Positions 36,215 to 49,164 of a DNA stretch of 64,000 bases are shown piece after piece. The stretch spans positions 105,464,001 through 105,528,000 of the forward strand of contig NC_086108.1 of the NCBI RefSeq assembly GCF_963921235.1, read 5' to 3'. The translations under genes and the position numbers were made by a program. Position 1 is the first letter of the stretch, and each line of letters opens with the position of its first letter. Source of the stretch: Mobula hypostoma (lineage: Eukaryota). The notes under the pieces are model-generated. The model saw only the letters and a program-made list of their open reading frames with translations, was not told where the DNA came from and did no database searches.

Positions 36215-37578
36215 TTTTCTTTTCTTTTTCAATCTTTTTTAGTTTCATAATAATAAACATACCATAATATTGACACAGTTATTTCGAATACATTGTTATA
36301 GTTAACATAGTTAAATATAAGCCCAGTTGACACATGAGTGTTAAATATCCCAATCATACAGGATACAGATGTAATATACAAAAAAAAATCTAAAAAAATA
36401 TGAAAAAGGAAAAAAAAATAAAAATATACCCCCCCAAAAAACTAACCTAAACAGTGTTAATCAACTAACCTAAGAAAAAAAAGACATGGGTTGTTATGTA
36501 ACATCAAAAAAAAAGGAACCATTAATGTCGTTGACTCCGTTCCTCACAATATATATTAAAATGAAATAGAATAAGCTTGGAAAAGGTCAAATTACATCAT
36601 ATGAAAATGTTGAATAAATGGCCTCCAAATATTTTCCAATTTAATAGAGGGATCATAAATAACACTTCTAATTTTTTCCAAGTTTAAACGCAACATAGTT
36701 TGAGAGAACCAATGAAATGTGGTGGGAGGATTAATCTCTTTCCAGTTCAGCAAAATGGATCTCCTAGCCATTAACGTGAGAAATGCAATCATCTGACGAG
36801 CTGAAGAGGTTAAAGGACTTGATTCTATTACTGGTAACCCAAAAATTGCAGTAATAGGGTGAGGTTTTAAATCAATATTCAAAACAGTTGAGATAGTATC
36901 AAAATTATCTTTCCAATAGTTTTTTCAAAAACAGACATGACCAAAACATATGAGTTAAAGAAGCTATCTCAGAGTGCCATCTATCGCATATAGGATTTAT
37001 ATGAGAATAATAACGAGCTGGTTTATCCTTACACATATGAGCCCTATGCACTACTTTAAGCTGTTTCAACGCATGTTTAACACATATAGAGGATGAGTTA
37101 ACTAACTGAAGAATTTTTTCCCATTCTTCAATCGGTACAATAATCTTAAGTTCCCTTTCCCAATCAGTCTTAACTTTATTAGATACGTCTGGACATATTT
37201 TCATAATTGTATTATAAATAATTGCTATTACACTTTTCTGAAAAGGATTTAAATCGTAAATATTTTCCGAAATATCCATTGAATATAAATTCGGGAAGGT
37301 AGGAGAAACAGTATTCAAAAAATTTCTAACCTGTAAATATTTAAAAAAATGAGATCTAGGCAAATTATATTTATTAGATAATTGTTCAAAGGACATGAAA
37401 CAATTATTCAAAAATAGATCACAAAATCGTACTATACCTTTAATTTTCCAAGCCGGATATGCTTGATCCATAATAGAGGGTTGAAAAAAGAAATTAGATA
37501 TAATAGGACTTGCTAAAATAAATTGATTCAACCCAAAAAATTTTCGAAATTGAAACCATATACGTAAAGTATGTTTAA
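36215..37578 (-). mobile_element. L1-clade LINE 3' fragment
   Basis: ORF2 C-terminus SFEQLSNKYNLPRSHFFKYLQVR...SLTHMFWSC, A-rich tail, and a perfect 14-bp TSD AAAGTTGAACTTTG at 36201-36214 and 37579-37592. Confidence 0.93.
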
Positions 37579-39259
37579 AAAGTTGAACTTTGATCCCCAG
37601 TACAGGCCACCTCTGGGCCTCCGACTTCCACTCATTGGACTCGAACTCCTCAGTAGGTAGCCAACTTTCTACAGCAGCCTGAGTTCACCACCCCTGCTCA
37701 GACTAATCAAACACTTTGGTGAAGCTGACAAAAGCCATTTCTAGGGTTCATCACTGTTGAGATGATCTCTCTTGTTGTCACTGAACTGAGAGGCTGTCAT
37801 GAGTTGTGGAGCACCCGGTTCTAAAAATCGCTCTGGGAACTGGGTAACTGCACTGAGTCACAGTCCTCCACTGTCCCGAGCAACACAGGCAAATACTCTG
37901 CTTTTGTACCCCACAGAGAAATGTCTCAGTGGTTCTTGGTTCTTATGCCAGGCCAGGATTGATTGGTTGAGTGAATGCTTCATTTATTTAGAAATTCCAC
38001 CCGGGAACAGGCCCTCCTGAACCTACGCAACCCAATTACACCCACATATCCAACTAACCTCCTAACCCATACGTCTTTGGACTGTGGGAGGAAACCAGAT
38101 CACCCAAAGGGAACACACGTGATCACAGGGAGAACATACAAGCTCTTTACAGATGGCAGTGGAATTGAACCCTGGCATTGTAACACCATGGACTCCATCC
38201 ATCCTGCATATATAAGGGACAAAAACAGGGCCAAGGTTAAGTTGGTACAGCAGGAACCAATTTATTCAAGTTTCAAGATTGTTTAATGTCATTTCCAGTA
38301 CACAAGTGTAAAGGAGAACAAAATAATTGCAACTCTGGATCTCATATAGCACAATAAAAATACAATCAGATAAAGAACACAACAATATACATGTAAGTAT
38401 ATAAATAGCTTATTTACATAGATTAGGCACAGGACTGTCTGGACATAGGATCAGAGACTGTAAATGGTCAAGTTATGGTGGTTGAGGGGGGTGGTAGTTG
38501 AGTAGGTTGGTGAGTGGAGGTGTTGATCAGCCTTACTGCTTGGGGAAAGTAACTGTTTTTGAGTCTGCTGGTCCTGGTGTGGATGTTACATAGCCTCCTC
38601 CCTGATCCTCAGCAATGCTTCAGGCCATGTATTAACCCTGCTCGTTATAGCTGTTCCTAAATATTGGCTGCGGATTCTGATTTTTGACTAATAATTATTC
38701 AAAATTGTTTAATGTCATTTCCAGTACTCAAGTGTAAAGGAGAATGAAATAATTGTTACTCTGATACAGCACAAAAAATACAATAAAATAAAGAACACAA
38801 TAATAAAAATACACAATAAATAAATGCTAGGATCATCTATTGTGCTCCTGATACAGCCTCTTTTACATTGGTGAGATCTGTTGTAAGTTAGGGTGACTGC
38901 TTCATCAAGCACCTCCGCTCTATCCGCCAAAAGCAGAACTTCTTAGTGGCCAAACATTTCTTTTTTCCCGTGGTCCTCTCTCTTCTCCTATCAGACTCCT
39001 TCCTCTCTATCTTACCCTTGGCCTTTAGCTCCATAATGAGTCAACCTATAGCTGGAAAAGTGATGACCCCCTCCTGTTAAACTGTTTGTGGTAAATTATT
39101 TTTTATTCTTTCTAATTCTCTTCTAATATTTATATCTGTGCACTTGTAGTTCTACTGTGACACTGTAATGTCCTTTGGGATCATCTATCATCGTCATCAT
39201 CATCATAATTACCAAAGGTCTACAAACACTTTCTGGCTTCTCCCACAAAGCCAAGATCT

Positions 39260-40980
39260 AACTTAATTTACCACCAAATCCTGAAAGCTAAGTGATTGAA
39301 TCTTCCTGACCAGCCTCCCATTCAGGACCTTGTCAAATGTCTTACTAAAGTCCATGTAGACAATATCCACTGCCTTGCTTTCACCCACTTTCCTGGTAAC
39401 TTCCTTGAGAAACTCTGTATGATTGGTTAGACATGACCTACCATGCGCAAAGCCATGCTGACTATCCTTAATCAGACCATATCTATCCAAATACTATATA
39501 TATAAAATCCCATAGAATACCTTCTACAACTGATGTCAGACTCACCAACCCAAAATTTCCTGGTTTCTGTTGAGAGCTTTTCTTAACTGAAAGGGTCAGA
39601 CAAGTTACGTTCACAGATCTCGATTCTGCAGGTGACATAGTCCTGCTCTATGACCAGATGGAGGAATCACAGCAGCTACTGACAAAAGTGGAAATTGAGT
39701 GCAATAAAGTTGGACTTCACCTAAACACTAAAAAGACAGAGTACATGGTGTTTAACTGCGATGAAGGTACTCTCAAGACTGTAAAGAATGATACCATTAA
39801 GAAAGTCTTTGACTACAAGTACCTTGGGTCAAGAATGATGAGTTCAGAGAAGGACATAAAGATACGGAAGGCGCTGGCGTGGAGGGCTATGAACAACATG
39901 AAGGAAATCTGGAAGTCGAACCTGACCAGAGGGCTTAAAAAGAGGATTTTCATAGCAGTCATAGAGTCTATTCTCACGTATGGATGCGAGACGTGGACTC
40001 TCACCAAGACTATGCGAAGGTCTCCAGAAGGTTGCTATACACGAATGCTCCGGATGGCTCTTGACATGTGTTGGCAACAGCACATGACGAACGTTGAGCT
40101 CTATAACTACCTACCGATGCTCACCACTAAAATCAAGGCGAGAAGACTGCAACTAGCGGGACATTGTCTACGCCACCCCGAGCTACCTGCCAGCCTAGTC
40201 ATCATATGGGAGCCCAAGCACAGGAGGATGAACCCTGGGCTATGAACTATGGTCAACATGCTCCTAGAAGACAGCGGCGCAGCTAATGCAGACGAACTGA
40301 ACACAGTGATGAGGGAGAGGGAGAAGTGGAGATTCCATCATTGTACCCGACGCCGGCCCCCTAGGCCTAAGTCGACGTAGTAGTTTTCTTAAACAGCAGA
40401 AACAACTAAGGATGTTTAAATATCTCTGCTCGGGCCCTGGCAATTTCTGCACTTGCCTCCTATGGGGTCTGACGGAACATCTTGTCAGAGGCCTTAGGGA
40501 ATTATCCACCCTTATTTGCATCAGGATAACAAACACCTCCTCCTCTGTAACCTGTACAGGGTCCATGAAATTGATGCCACTTTGCCTCACTTCTATAGAC
40601 TCTATATCTGTCCCCCAAGTAAATACGATGCAAAGATTGCATTTAAGATCTCCCCTATCTGTTTTGATTCCACACATGGATTACCATTCTGGTCTTCCAG
40701 AAGACCAATTTGTCCTTCTGTTCTTAACATATCTGTAGGATCCCTTAGGATTCTCCTTCACCTTGTCTGCTAGAGCAACTTCATGCCTTATTTTAGCCTT
40801 CCTGATTTCTTTCTTAAGCGCTCTCTTGCACTCCATAAGAACCTCATTATTCCCACTTGCCTATACCTGTTTAGCACCTTTTTTTTCTCTTAACCAAGGC
40901 CTCAACATCTCTTGAAAACCAAGGCTCCCTACAATTTTTATCTTCACCACTTATTCTGACAGGCCACATACAAGCTTTGC
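39260..40980 (-). mobile_element. CR1 LINE fragment interrupted by an RTE insertion
   Basis: SQHGFAHGRSCLTN...MDFSKTFDKV. Confidence 0.85.
39587..40383 (+). mobile_element. RTE-clade LINE 3' fragment with (GTA)n tail
   Basis: TDLDSAGDI (FADD-equivalent), YKYLGS, YGCETWTL and RRLQLAGHCLRH. 9-bp TSD ttttcttaa at 39578-39586 and 40384-40392. Confidence 0.9.
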
Positions 40981-41204
40981 ATTCTCAGTATGCTGAAGGA
41001 ACTCAGCAGGTCAGATATAAACAGTTGGTAGTTAGGGCAAGACACTTCATTGTGACTGGAAGAGAAGGGGACAGAAGGTGGGTTGAGGGGAAGGCCAGTC
41101 AGCTTGCTCCACTACCCTACTAGGAGCCAGCATGGACTCAAAGGGTTGAGTGGCATCCTTCTAGGGTATGTCAATTCTATGATTCTAAGAACCCAAGGAA
41201 GATC

Positions 41205-42015
41205 CACTCAGTGGCCACTCTATTAGGTACACCCGTACACTTGCTTGTTAATGTAAATATCTGATTAGCCAATCATGTGGCAGCAACTCAATGCATAAAA
41301 GCATGCAGACGTGGTCAAGAGGTTCAGTTCAAACATCAGTACAGGGAAGAAATGTGATCTTTGTGACGTTGACCGTGGAATGATTGCTGGTGCCAGATGG
41401 GATAGTTAGAATATATCAGAAACTACTGATCTCCTGGGATCTTCCTACACAACAATCTCTAGAAATAACAGAGAATAGAGAGAAACACAAAAAGCACTCA
41501 GTCAGCGACGGTTCTGTGGGTCAAAACCACAGAGAAAGGCCAAAGGAGAACAGCCAGACTGGTTTAAGCTGACAGGAAAATGACCGTAAGTCAAATAACC
41601 GTGCGTTACAACAGAAGGGCATCTCTGAATGTCCAATATGTCAAACTGTGAAGTGGATGGGCTACAGCAGCAGAAGACCATGAACATACACTCAGTGGCC
41701 ACTTTATTAGATAGACTAAGTGCAGGTTGGGCAGCACGATAGCATAGTGGTTGGCACAACGCTTTACAGTACAGACGACCTAGGTTCAATTCCCACCGCT
41801 GCCTGTACGCTGCTTGCACGTTCTTCCTGTGACCACTTGGGTTTCCTCCGGGTGCTCTGGTTTCCTCCCACAATTCATTGTAAATTGTCCCATGATGAGG
41901 CTAAGATTAAATCAGGGATTGCTGGGCAGCGTGTCTCAAAGTGCAGGAAAGGCCCAATCTGCATTCTATTTCAATAAATGAATTAATTAATAAATAATAA
42001 AGTGACCACTGAGTG
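41205..42015 (+). mobile_element. Tc1-derived non-autonomous transposon with three TIR copies; V-SINE inserted at about 41728-41995
   Basis: CACTCAGTGGCCACT(C/T)TATTAG at 41205 and 41689, inverted copy ending at 42015. HTH-like remnant ISETTDLLG at about 41413. Confidence 0.8.
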
Positions 42016-43116
42016 CACAGTATGTGTCTTTCCGTTCTGATGGTTCTTAATTGACTTAGACCTGCACAGGAAAATTATCTTTCAAACTTACCTCATGAAT
42101 TGCCTTTTTAGTGCAGAATTTTGAATAAATTAGCACAGAATCTCTGATCTATAAAGGCCTGCTTGATATTGCAAGCTGTTTAGTCTATAATGCTGCCAAG
42201 TTGATGAATATAAACCATTTTCACCAGCTTTACCTAATTGGTCAGCCTCACAAAATGGCTTACAGGGAAACAACACAGCAATGTGGAAGTGACAGCTCTT
42301 AATTTGTTAAATATGCAAAGCTTGCCCAATTATGCATGTACTGCTCGTAGCTTTCTTGATCGAGTCTAATGCGGCCATTAATTTTTTTAATCACCAACAG
42401 CAAAAGATCACAGAAAAGTAATGACAGTTTCGTTGTTCATTCATTTTGTTCTGCCATGGGTTATGTTCAGCAAAGTCTGGCAGAGATAATCACTAGGGAT
42501 GTCTCTGCCTTGGAAAGTTTTCAAAGTAAGCCACTTGGGGGTCGTCCCTTTTTGCACCTGCACCCTAAATATAGTTCCCCTCGAAGGCAATCTTTCCTTC
42601 TTTTTCCCCAGTGTTGACTTCAGTCGTGTCTCCCTGGTGCCCTAAGCTCAGAGGCTGACTTGCATTTCCTTCGAAGTTTGTATCTGTGGCTCATTTCAAT
42701 TCCTACAGCACTCGAAAGTGCAATGCTCCTTCTGCTGCCTTGAGCAAAAGACCGATAATTGGGAGAAAAGGGTTGCATTTATATGGAACATTTCTTGATC
42801 TCGGGGCCCACACCACCAGGTTCGGGAACAGCTATTACCCCTCAACTATCAGGCTCTGGTTCGACTTCAAATTCATTCACCCCAACACTGAACTGTTCCC
42901 ATAACCTATGGACCCACTTTCAAGAACTCATCATTTCATGTTATTGATATTTATTACATTTTATTATTATTTTTTTTATTGCTTTATTTGTATTTACCAT
43001 GAATGCCCGCAAGAAAATGAATCTCAGGTTTGTATATGTACTTTGATAATAAATTTACTTTGAGCTTTGAAGCCCTCAAGAATAAAGGTCTTGGAATGCA
43101 TGAATTGACCTGCCAA

Positions 43117-43262
43117 GGGCAACACACACATCTATGGAGAGAAATGAACAGTTGACGTTTTGGACCAAGTCTTGATACAGGATTTTCGCCCAAAATGTTT
43201 ACTGTTTATTCCTCTGCATAGATGCTGCCTGATCTCCGAAGTTCCTCCAGCATTTTGTGTAA
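43117..43262. repeat. Second inverted pair of Penelope pLTR termini
   Basis: atctatggagagaaatgaacagttgacgttttgg is opposed to ccaaaatgtttactgtttattcctctgcatagat. Confidence 0.7.
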
Positions 43263-43284
43263 GAAACATATAGAAAAACACATG

Positions 43285-44133
43285 AAGTTTTCTGATGACT
43301 CTGCCATAGTTGGATGCATCAGCAAGGGAGTACAGGGGTACAGTAGGAAACTTTGACACATGGTGTGAGCAGAATTATCTGCAGCTTAATGTGAAAAAGA
43401 CTAAGGAGCTGGTGGTAGACCTGAGGAGAGCTAAAGTACCGGCGACCCCTGTTTCCATCCAGGGGGTCAGTGTGAACATGGTGGAGGATTACAAATACCT
43501 GGGGATATGAATTGACAATAAACTGGACTGGTCAAAGAACACTGAGGCTGTCTACAAGAAGGGTCAGTGCCGTCTCTATTTTCTGAGGAGGCTGAGGTCC
43601 TTTAACATCTGCTGGACGATGCTGAGGATGTTCTAAGAGTCTGTGGTGGCCAGTGCGATCATGTTTGCTGTTGTGTGCTGGGGCAGCAGGCTGAGGGTAG
43701 CAGACACCAACAGAATCAACAAACTCATTCGTAAGGCCAGTGATGTTGTGGGGATGGAACTGGACTCTCTGATGGTGGTGTCTGAAAAGAGGATGCTGTC
43801 CAAGTTGCATGCCATCTTGGACAATGTCTCCCATCCACTACATAGTGGACTGGTTGGGCACAGGAGTACATTCAGCCAGAGACTCATTCCTCCGAGATGC
43901 AGCACAGAGCGTCATAGGAAGTCATTCCTGCCTGTGGCCATCAAACTTTACAACTCCTCCCTTAGAGGGTCAGACACCGTGAGCCAATAGGCTGGTCCTG
44001 GACTTATTTCCTGGCATAATTTACATATTACTATTTAACTATTTATGGTTTTATTACTATTTAATTATTTATGGTGCAACTGTAACGAAAACCAATTTCC
44101 CCCGGGATCAAGAAAGTATGACTATGACTATGA
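43285..44133 (+). mobile_element. Rex1/Babar-type LINE 3' fragment, near-identical to 10761-11600
   Basis: The ORF 43643..43990 peptide is almost identical to the C-terminus of ORF 10880..11731; actatgactatga tail. Confidence 0.92.
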
Positions 44134-44542
44134 ATAATAGAACATTTTATTTATTTATTGAGATACAGAGTGGAATAGGCCCTCTGGCCTTTCAAGCCAT
44201 GTCATCTAGCAAACCCCGATTTAATCCCAGCCTAATCAAGGGACAATTTACAATGACCAGATTAACCTACCAACCATCTTTGGATTGTGGGAGGAAACGG
44301 AAACGGAAGCACCTGGCAGAAATCCACTTGAACATGAGAAGAACATAGAGACTCCTTACAGTCAGTGGCGGGAATTGAACCTGGGTCACCTGTAATGTAA
44401 AGCGTTGTGTTAACCACTACACTACTGTCTGACCCCAAAGTGATGAGCTACGTAGGAGGGAAATGTTAGATTGGTATTAGGGTAGGTTGAAAGATCGGTA
44501 CATCATGGGCTGAAGGGTCTGTATCGTGTTGTTGTTTTAGTT

Positions 44543-45215
44543 CATAAACACAAGAGATTCTGCAGATGCTGGAAATCCAGAGCAACACACAGGAGCATCT
44601 CAGCAGGTCAGACAGCATGTATGGAAATGAATAAACATTGGACCTTTCAGGCCAAGACCCTTCATCAAAATTGGAAAGGAAGGAGGAAGTGCCAGGATGG
44701 GAAGGTGGCGGAGGGGAAGGAGGGCAAGCTAGAAGGTGATAGGTGAAGGCAGGTGGGTGGGAGAGGGGGAATGAAGTAACAGGTGGAAAACGGGACGGGA
44801 AGAAGGAACCTGACAGAAGAGGAGAGTGGACCATGGAGGAAAGGTAAGGAGGAGGTGTATGGGAGGGGGAGGTGATAGGCAGATAATGAGAAGAAGTAAG
44901 AGGCCTAAGTGGGGAATTGAAGAAGAAGGAAGAGGAAGGGGGAGAAAAATTACCGTGAGTTGGAGAAATCGATGCTCATGCCATCAGGTTGGAGGCTAGG
45001 TGCTGCCCTTTCAACCTTAGAGTGGCTTTATCATGGTAGAAGAAGAGGCCAAAAACGGACTTGTTGGAAACGGAATGGAGATAAGAATTAAAGTGGTTGG
45101 CCAAAAGGAAATTCTACTTTTTTCCAGGTGGAATGGAGGTGCTCAACACAGCGAATGTGCCCGATGCAGGCTCCACTACTTTGGTGAGACCAGACATAGA
45201 TTGGTAGTCTACTTA
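44543..45215 (-). mobile_element. Penelope-like fragment with 5' inversion
   Basis: pLTR with a decayed hammerhead at about 44636-44675 and a GIY-YIG C-terminus on the minus strand. A plus-strand CARCRLHYFGETRHRL piece lies at about 45153-45210. Confidence 0.82.
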
Positions 45216-45721
45216 CACATAGATAAACCAAGTAAAGTGCATAAATTAAATATTGTAGGGTATAGTACCAAATATCCGGTGACAATTCTAATGCGATGCG
45301 GCAGGGGCCTGAGCAAAGAAGCTGTTTCCCATCCTGACCGTTTTTGTCTTTATGCATCAGAGTCTCCTGCTTGATGATAGAAAGTCAAAGAGGATATTGG
45401 TTGGATGGTTGGGATCCCTGATAACACTAAGGGCCTGTGCCTGCAGCATCCTGATGGATGTCCCCAATGGATGGTAGGGAGACTCCTATGATCTCTTGGC
45501 CGTTCTCACCATCCTTTGGAGGGACTTCTGGTCCGATGTTTGTCTGCTCCTGTCCCAGATGGAGATGAAGCTTGTCAGGATGCTCTCATTGGTGCTTCTG
45601 TAAAATCTAGTTAAGATGGGGGCGGGGGGATAAGGGGAACCTCACTTGCTTCAATCTCCTCAGGAAGTGGAGGCGCTGCTGTGCCTTCTATTTCAAAGAG
45701 GTGAGATTGAGATCGCCCAAC

Positions 45722-48395
45722 ATGAGACCATAAGACACAGGAGCAGAATTAGGCCATCTGGCTCATTGAGTCTGCTCTGCCATTCAAACATGGCTGATCC
45801 TTTTTCCCCCTCAGCCCCACACCCCGGCCTTCTCCCTGTAACCTTTGATGCTGTGTCCAATCAAGAACTATCAATATCTGCCTTAAATACAACCAATGAG
45901 CTGGCCTTCACAGCTGCCTGGCATAACAATATCTGCAAATTCACCACCCTCTGGCTAAAGAAATTTCTCTGCATCTCTGTTTTAAATGGACGCCCCTCTA
46001 TCTTGAGGCTGTGCCCTCTTGTCCTAGACTCCCCCACCATGGGAATCATCCTTTCCATATCTACTCTGTCTAGGCCTTTCAACCTCTGAAAGGTTTCAGT
46101 GAGGTCCCCCCGCCATCCTTCTAAATTCCGGTGAGTACAGACTCAGAGCTATCAAACGTTTCTCGTATGATAACACCTTCATTCCTGGAATCATCCTTGT
46201 GAACCTCCTGTGAACTCTCTCCAATGCTAGCACATCTCTCCAAGGCTAGTTGCAGGAAGATTGTTCCCGATGTTGGGAAAGTCCAGAACGAGGGGTCACA
46301 GTTTAAGGATAAAGGGGAAGCCTTTTAGGACCGAGATGAGGAAAAACTTCTTCACACAGAGAGTAATGGATCTGTGAAATTCTCTGCCGCAGGAAACAGT
46401 TGAGGCCAGTTCATTGGCTATATTTAAGAGGGAGTTAGTTACGGCCCTTGTGGCTAAAGGGATCGGGGGTATGGAGAGAAGGCAGGTACAGGGTTCTGAG
46501 TTGGATGATCAGCCATGATCACACCGAATGGCGGTGTAGCCTCAAAGGGCCGAATGGCCTACTCCTGCACCTATTTTCTATGTTTCTATGTTTCTATATC
46601 TTTTCTTCAATGAAGAGCCCAAAACAGTTCACAATACTCGAAGTGGGGCCTCACCAGTGGCTTATAAAGCCTCAGCATTACATCCTTGCTCTTGTATTCT
46701 AGACCTCTTGAAATGAATGCTAACATTGCATTTGCCTTCCTCACCACAGACCCTATCTGCAAGTTAACCTTTAGGGTGTTCCTCACAAGGACTCCCAAGT
46801 CCCTTTGCATCTTAGATTTTTGAACTTTCTCCTCATTTGGAAAATAGTCTGCACGATTATTTCTACTAACAAAGTACATGACCATGCATTTTCCAACATT
46901 GCATTTCAGTTGCCACTTTATTGCCTATTCTCCTAATCTGACTAAGTCCTTCTTCAGCCTATCTGTTTCCTCAACACCATCGGCCACTCCACCAATCATC
47001 TTCAAGCTTGGCAACAAAGCCATCTATTCCATCTTCTAAATCATTGATATACAGCATAAAAAGAAACAGTCCCAACACCAGCCCCTGCGGAATACCACTA
47101 GACACTGGCAGCCAATCACAAAAGGATCCTTTTAGTCCCACTCACTGTCTCCTACCATTCAGTCAATGCTCTAACCATGTCAGTAACTTTCCTGTAATAC
47201 CACGGACTCTTAACTTGGTAAGCAGCCACATGTGTGACACTTTGTCAAAGGCCTTCTGAAAGTCTAAATATACAACATCCACTGCATCCCCTTTATCTAT
47301 CCTACTTGAAGTCTCCTCAAAAAATTCCCACAGGTTCATTGGACAAGATTTTCCTTTAAGGAAATCATGCTGACTTTGTCCTATCTTATCCTGTGTAACC
47401 AAGTACTGCTATCACTTCTCTTCCCCATACCCTTCAACACCTGGAACACTGCTAGTGTCTTCTACAGTGAACACTGATGCAAGATACTCATCTAGTTCAT
47501 CTGTCATGTCCTTGGCCCCCATTATCATTCCTCTAGCCTCATTTTCTAGTGGTCCTATATCCACTCTCATCTCTCTTATTTTTTACATACTTGAGAAAGC
47601 TTTTACTATCCACTTTGATATTGTTTGCTAGCTTGCTTTCATACTTCATCTTTTGCCTTCTAATGATTCTTTTAGTTGCTCTCTGTAGGTTTTTAAAAAC
47701 TTCCCAATCACCTGTCTTACCAATAATTTTTGCATTATTGTATGCCCTCTCTTTTGCTTTTACATTGGCTTTGACTTCCCTTGTTAGCGCGGTTGTACTA
47801 TTTTTCCATTTGAGTTTTTCTTCACCTTTGGAATACACATGTCCTGCACCTTCCTCATTTTTTGCAGAAACGCACACCATTACTACTCTGCTGACTTCCC
47901 TGCAGAAGCTCCTTCCAATTTGTTTTGACCAAATCCTCTCTCATACTACTGTAATTTCCTTTTCTCCACTAAAATACTTCTACGTCAGACCATACTTTCT
48001 CCCTATCAAATTTCAAGTGAACTCAATCATATTGTGATCACTGGTTCCTACGGGTTCTTCTACCTTAAGCTCCCTAATCACCTCCAGTTCATTTCATAAC
48101 ACCTGATTCAATATAGCTGATCTCCTAGTAGGCTCAACAATAAACTGCTCTAACCATCTCTTAGGCATCCAGCAAACTCACTCTCTTGATATCCATTACC
48201 AACCTGATTTTCCTAATAGACATGCATGTTGAAATCTGCCATGACTATCATAACAATACCCTTTTGATTCGCCTTTTCTATTTCCCATTGTAATCTGTGG
48301 TCCACCTCCCAGCTACTGTTGGGAGACCTGTATATAATTGTTATCAGTGTCCTTTTACCCTCGCAGTTTCTTAACTCAACCCACAAGGATTCAGC
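45722..48395 (-). mobile_element. Long degenerate CR1 LINE containing an opposite-strand CR1 3' insert at 46243-46597
   Basis: APE remnants through DFQKAFDKV to NFFSQRVVNL. The insert matches 24904-25258. Confidence 0.9.
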
Positions 48396-49164
48396 ATCAA
48401 CTGTTTATTCCCCTCTGGAGATGCAGCATGAACTGCTGAGTTCCTCCTGCATTTTCTGTGTGATGCCAAACATCAGACCGTCTAGAGTAAAAACCTCCCA
48501 CTACATTCAATGTTTCGTCATACTTATGTCACTTTATATCTTTTAACAACTTTCTTCATGACCTACTGTATGAATTCACCAATAGTTTTGCCTTCAGCAA
48601 ACATACTGATCATTCCACCCACACTCCGGGGCACAGCTGCAGAACCCGCAGCCGAAACCTTTCCACTTTTCACGATGTTCCATAAAGCCTACCTCTTTGG
48701 ACAAGCCTCTGTTTCAGCAGATTGGATTGTTTTCTCCAGAGTATCAGAGTCTGAGTGGAGTATATAACATTATGATTGAAGCATATAAAACGTTGAGAGG
48801 CACAGATAGGATAGATATTCTGATTTTTTTTCCCAGGGTGCAAATATCAAATACCAAAATGCAAGTACTTAAGGTGAGAGGGGTTGAGTTTTAAAGGAAT
48901 TTAGAATCCTAGAGTCTGAAAGTAATACAACACAGAAACAGGCCTTTTGGCCAATCTGTTGCTTGCTGACCACAGGATCCTCCCTGCAAGTCCCTGATGC
49001 CCACTGTAAACCTATTACCTTCTAGCTTGTCTTCCTTCCCCCCCCCCTCCACTTTCCCGTCCTGATGAATGGTCTCGGCTCAAAACGTCAACTGTTAATT
49101 AACTTCCATAGATGCTGCCTGACCTATTAAATGTTTCCAGCATTTGTGAATAGTGTCTATATTC

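Noticed and set aside
38265..38830. Direct repeat (ttgtttaatgtcatttccagtac...) as an LTR pair or array
   Set aside because: Looks like two minus-strand 3' tails of the same retroelement family. No TG...CA ends or internal domain.
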